Shown here piece by piece: positions 59,023 to 64,000 of a stretch of 64,000 nt of DNA. A program made the translations under genes and the position numbers. Under the pieces are notes generated by a model. The model saw only the letters and a list, made by a program, of their open reading frames with translations. It was not told the DNA's origin and searched no databases. This stretch comes from Podarcis vaucheri (taxonomy: Eukaryota), in assembly GCA_965113315.1 (NCBI GenBank), contig OZ220363.1. The stretch is one strand, 5' to 3'. Positions within the stretch are counted from its first letter, which is position 1. Every line of letters begins with the position of its first letter.

Positions 59023-60423
59023 TAACTGCATTTGTTGAACCCTTTCTCCATATCGAGCCAGAGATGTCAGTCTGATAATAATGACATGAGATGCACTCTT
59101 TCTATTGCCAGGGAGCACTCATGGTAAAGTTTTTCATCTCCTGAAGCAACTCTATATTTGCATTACCACTCAGTGAGATTGGCAGGTAAATCGGCCCTGA
59201 TTAAGTTACTTTGCACCACAGAAGTCATTGATGTGCTTGAGTGCAAGAAATTTTACATACGGTACTGAGCTTTGTTACACAGATAGTGTATTGCATTGAG
59301 ACTGGAAGGCAACTGTCACTGCACATCCAGAATACACTGGAAGCTCCCTGACAAGCTTCTGAATCCATTGTATAAATTTTCTAATACCAGTGTACCAGCT
59401 AAAATCTTACTTAGCGATAAGCCCTCTTCAGTTCAGTAAACACACAAGGAGGCACCAGGGAGGAGCTCTCTAGCTCTGCTTGCCATATTTGTAAGAGGGC
59501 AGCCATCTGAGGTGGAGGGCTTCCTATACTCCTGGAGATTACATGTATGTTTTATAAACAGAGTTCTAAAATGTACAGGGAGCCTCTAGACATTCAAGGG
59601 TCTCTTTACTTCAGTGAATCTATTACTCTGAAAGGTAGAGTTAGTACACTTGTCCCTGCTTTCCCCCACCCCCTCACATATTTACTAAACACCTTAACAT
59701 AATACCTGAAGTCACTTGCAGAAAGGCAAATAGTACAAAAAATAGGAATAGAAAAACAGAACCAGGAGGAATTTGATGGTAGTGAGTCAAGCGATACCGT
59801 ACTTTGCACACTTAAAAGTTCTAGAAGCCTGACAATCTCAGAAAATGTTTATGTGTTACATGGGAAACGGGATGATTTGGAAAAATGAAAGCCTTATGGG
59901 TAGCTTTTGCATAATTTACCATTAGGTATCATTCCCCCCATTATATGTACAGCAACCATACCATTTGGGCGCCAAAAGAGGGCTTGTCAAGAATTGAGAG
60001 GAGGCATTAATTCTCGGTGTAAAGCTATCAATAAAGAGCTTACTGACCGTGAAGTGAAAATTTGAGCCATTTGATCTTTGCATTTTTTGTGGGCTGTGGT
60101 TTCTTTCCAATAAAACTCATTGAAGCTGATACGCTTAGTCATACCTTGCCTTGTAAGACTGTTAATATTCTCAAATAACAGAAAGGGCTTGACCAGATAT
60201 TTTATTACACAATAGTTCTCTGTAACAGTTCGTTAATGTGTAAGTGGTCGTGTAAGGCTGAATAGATTTCCTTTAGGGCATATTTCAATTCAGTGGCTTG
60301 AATTCTTGCGGAATTTTCAAAGCTTTACTTAGTTTAGGAAGCTTAGGAATCTCTTCCTGCTTCATTATAAGGATGTATGTCATCTAGATGGGGACAGGCA
60401 TAGAATTGGTATATTCGTTAATA

Positions 60424-60810
60424 AAAACATACAAATAGCGTACTGGATCAGAGCAATGGCCTGTCTAGTCCTGCTTCCTGTTCTCACAGTGGACAACCTA
60501 TGGGAAGCCCGTAAGCAGGACCTGGATGCAACAGCACTCTCCCCACTAGTGGTTCTTAGTAGCTGGCATCCAGGGGCATGGAGAAAGAAGAAAGCCTTTG
60601 CATCTAGTAGCCGCTGATAAGCTTACCCTTCATGAATTTGTTTAATCCTCTTAAAACCATCCAAGTTGGTGAGCATCACCACCTCTTGGGGAAGTGAATT
60701 TCATAGTTTTAACTATGCTCTGTGTGAAGAAGTACGTCCTTTCTTTTGTCTCTTCTGAATCTTCTAACGTTCAGATTCATTGGATGTCCCCGAGTTCTAG
60801 TGTTATGAGC
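60424..60810 (-). mobile_element. Old CR1 3' fragment
   Basis: Same 3' UTR family as 3557, plus ORF2-end remnants (TTCATGAATTTGTTTAATCCTCTTAAAACC, GTGTGAAGAAGTAC). Confidence 0.7.
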
Positions 60811-61041
60811 CAAAGCTCCAACAATGACAGTCTGAAAAGGGGTTTCCTTTTCAAATGTGTTCACTTGTGAGACAACTACTGTTGGGAAGAAATAATGCTT
60901 GTCAGATTTCTGATAAGCTATTCTTTCACTGAGAATGAGAGGAAAACATCAAGCTCGTGTATGGGCATGATGGAATTTTGCAAGACAGAGGAAATGAAGT
61001 TATCTGAAGTCTTAAGTAACGTATGTATTGAAGTTCCACTG

Positions 61042-61094
61042 CATAGAATCATAGAATTGTAGAGTTGGAAGGGACCCTGAGGGCCAACTAGTCC
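61042..61094 (-). mobile_element. CR1 tail fragment
   Basis: CATAGAATCATAGAATTGTAGAGTTGGAAGGGACC. Confidence 0.75.
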
Positions 61095-61690
61095 GTTGTA
61101 GGTATGAAACCTGTTGCATGGAAAGACTAAAAGGGGGAAGAATATACAAACTCCCAAGATAGTTTGAAATCACCCCCCTTGCGTGAACAAAAATTCCTGC
61201 CTGAGATTTATATGTGAATAGAAAATGATTCCATTGTTAAATATCATGTGTTACAAGAAAGTGTGAGGGGATTGCAGGATCATGCTCACATGATTTCATG
61301 TCATGACAATATGCACTGTCCAGAACTCCCATCAGGTGGTCATTTGGCAGCCATTTGAATGAGTGCCACAACCCCATAGTTGCCTTTGACTGGACTTAAC
61401 CATCCAGGGGTCCTTTATTTTTACCTTTTTGTAATCTATTATTTGAGCCCATGAAGGGATATAAATCAATAAAAAACACCTTGGAGAGACAGAAAAGAAA
61501 CCAGGACTCATGTCATGTCCAGGTAGGACCTTTGGCAGATTCAGTAATAAATGGTGCACTGATACTTCCATGCATTATGGCTTGAATATTTGAACCCCTG
61601 TTAGATCTGTCATTTTTTCCTTCTGTCATGCACATGCACATGTATACGTATAAGAAAAGACAGTGGTTAGTGTTCATGACTTGGCTGCTA

Positions 61691-61840
61691 CTTAGGAACA
61701 TAGAAAGCTGCCTTATACTGAGCCAGACCATTGGTCCATCTAGCTCAGTACTGTCTGCATTGACTGACAGCTGGGTTTCAGACAAGAGTCTGTCTCAGCC
61801 TAATCTGGAGATATCAGGAATTGATCCTGAAACTGTAGCC
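61691..61840 (-). mobile_element. Degraded Squam2-like SINE
   Basis: TAGGAACATAG.AAGCTGCCTTATACTGAG.CAGACCATTGGTCCATCTAGCTCAGT; inverse of the 19035 family. Confidence 0.65.
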
Positions 61841-62120
61841 ATGAGGCCTTTTCTTGTTGTGATTGGATGCACTGAGGACTGTCCAATTCTTAAAAAGAGG
61901 ACTGTCCAATTCTAAAAGAAAGCCCTGGATAGAAGCACCCATTGACTCCAACACGTCTTGTTGAATAGTTATAGGCTCAGAAATACTTTAGGACTGTTCT
62001 CTAGCCAATTTCTTTTGTAATTCAGAGCTTTAATTAACCAGACTGAATCCTAAACACTAACAATCACAATTGTTTACTCAGATTCAGGTGGATTGTTTAT
62101 TTAAATACTATTCTACATAA

Positions 62121-62489
62121 AACGGACGCGGGTGGCGCTGTGGGTAAAACCTCAGCGCCTAGGACTTGCCGATCGCATGGTCGGCGGTTCTAATCCCTGC
62201 AGCGGGGTGAGCTCCCGTTGTTCGGTCCCAGCTCTGCCCACCTAGCAGTTCGAAAGCACCCTTAAGTGCAAGTAGATAAATAGGTACTGCTTTATAGCGG
62301 GAAGGTAAACGGCGTTTCCATGTGCTGCTCTGGTGCCGGTTCACCAGAGCAGCTTCGTCACACTGGCCACGTGACCCGGAAGTGTCTGCGGACAGCGCTT
62401 GCTCCCGGCCTCTAGAGTGAGATGAGCGCACAACCCTAGAGTCTGTCAAGACTGGCCTGTACGGGCAGGGGTACCTTTACCTTTACCTT
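62121..62489 (+). mobile_element. Sauria SINE (Squam1/POM-like), full length
   Basis: Near-identical to 21918-22283; (ACCTTT)n tail; 12-bp TSD TATTCTACATAA (62109-20 and 62490-501). Confidence 0.94.
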
Positions 62490-63169
62490 TATTCTACATA
62501 ATCTACCATATTGATCTTAGTTCCTCATACTTTTCTACTATTGAAACTAGGGCAGTAGGGAGGGGGAGAGAATTCAGTTGTTTTGATAACCCTTTTTGTA
62601 GTCCAGAGGACCTAGTCAAATATTAACAGCTGCAAAAGACAAGGGGGTATTGTAGGATAAGAAAGCAAAGTAATATTCTGGTCTGTTGCATTAACCTAAA
62701 AGAATGGAATTTTCTTCTTTAACCAAGGAAACTAATTGATCCTGTAACTGGAAGGTTATCCTTCACAGTTTACATTGTGTAATGCTATAGAAATCGAATT
62801 GTGGTTAAAATCAAAGTTAGATGGAATAATCCATTTTAGGTGGAACAAATTACAATAAAAGATATAATTTGGAAAGAGAGGGCATAATTCTCTCTCAACC
62901 TAACCTTTATGTAGTTGTTCTGAGGATGAAATGGTGGAAGGGGAAGAACCTTTAGCTCTTTGGAGAAAAGGTGAGATATGAATGTAATAAATGAAAATAA
63001 TATTAGGAGTGTAATCTTCTGGATGATATTTATTTATTTAAAGTACTTGTGTGCATCCCTTCAGTGTAAAGCCTCGCCAAGGTAGCTTACACACGGTAAC
63101 TAAAACAATTATTATTAAAACCAAATAAACATATTTTAAAAGGTCACTCTGTATGATTACCTATGTAAG

Positions 63170-63995
63170 GAGAGAGACAGGGGGAACATGTCCTTGCTAA
63201 TTCTCCTCAACCTCAGCAGCGTTTGATACTGTCAACATTGGTATCATTCTGGAGCAGCTGTCCAAATTAAGGGTTGGTGGCACTGCTTTGCAGTGGTTTC
63301 AGGCCTACTTGGATGTCGTTTCCAAAGGAGTGATGCTTTTGGCATGCTCTTTAGCCCTATGGAGCTATCAGTGTGGGGTTCTTCAGGGTTCAGTCTTATT
63401 TCACATGCTGTTTAACATCTACATGAAACTGCTGAGTGGGGTCATCTGGAGTTTTGGAGTATAATGTCAGCAATATGCTGACACACAGCTCTACTTCTCC
63501 TTGACATATGCGGGTGAGGCAGTGGATGTGCTGGGCCAGTGTTTTGCCTCGGTAATGGACTGGATGAGAGCCAATAAACTGAGGCTCAATCCGGATAAGA
63601 CACAGGCACTGTTAGTGGGCGGTTCCCTAGACTGGATGGATGGGAAGTGTCCTGCTCTTGATGGGGTTACACTCTCTGAAGTAGCGGGTACGCAACTTGC
63701 GGGGACTTCTGGATTCATTACTGTCACTTGAGGCTCAAGTGGCCATGCCCATGCAGAGTGTCTTCTATCAATTTTGGCTGCTGGTCCTGCTTGCACAGGG
63801 ATAGCCTAACTTCAATCATCAAATGTTCCCCTTCTCCCAAGCCTCTGGCTAATTAAACAATCTATGGCCTTTTAAACTGGGAGTGGGGTTATTGTTTTTG
63901 TTAATAACTATTTTATGCATTTTTGTGTTACTGCATTAAACCTCCCTGTGATTCTCGGATGAAGGGTGGTATAGAAACTTAATAAATATTTTTTT
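63170..63995 (+). mobile_element. Degraded, internally deleted L2 LINE
   Basis: Remnants LLILL.LSAAFDTV, CGVLQGSVL, QYAD and WMRANKLRLNPDKT, followed by an L2-type tail. Confidence 0.8.
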
Positions 63996-64000
63996 AAAAA

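Overview
Vertebrate (squamate, probably lacertid lizard) genomic DNA from inside the neuron navigator 2 (NAV2) gene on the + strand. Five internal coding exons splice together in frame: 11179-12292, 15255-15373, 17948-18056, 20424-20813 and 49662-49784. The rest is intron with many mobile elements: the 5' LTR, tRNA-Gly primer-binding site and leader of an antisense ERV at the window start; a full-length L1 with intact ORF1 and ORF2 (33261-39459, 19-bp TSD) inserted into a young L2 whose ORF is restored when the L1 is removed; Sauria, Squam2-like and Squam3-like SINEs; CR1 and L2 remnants; and TA-flanked MITEs. The most interesting unexplained signal is a set of short ORF-plus-splice-donor units in TE-poor intron sequence, each in the phase needed to join the next NAV2 exon. 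Two of them (1592-1673 and about 10218-10321) would replace the N-terminal CH domain with membrane-targeting peptides (hydrophobic stretch plus Cys-Cys; G-C-x-x-S plus a polybasic cluster), suggesting alternative-promoter NAV2 isoforms. These are predictions from sequence alone. Repeat family names are recognised from memory, not from a database search.
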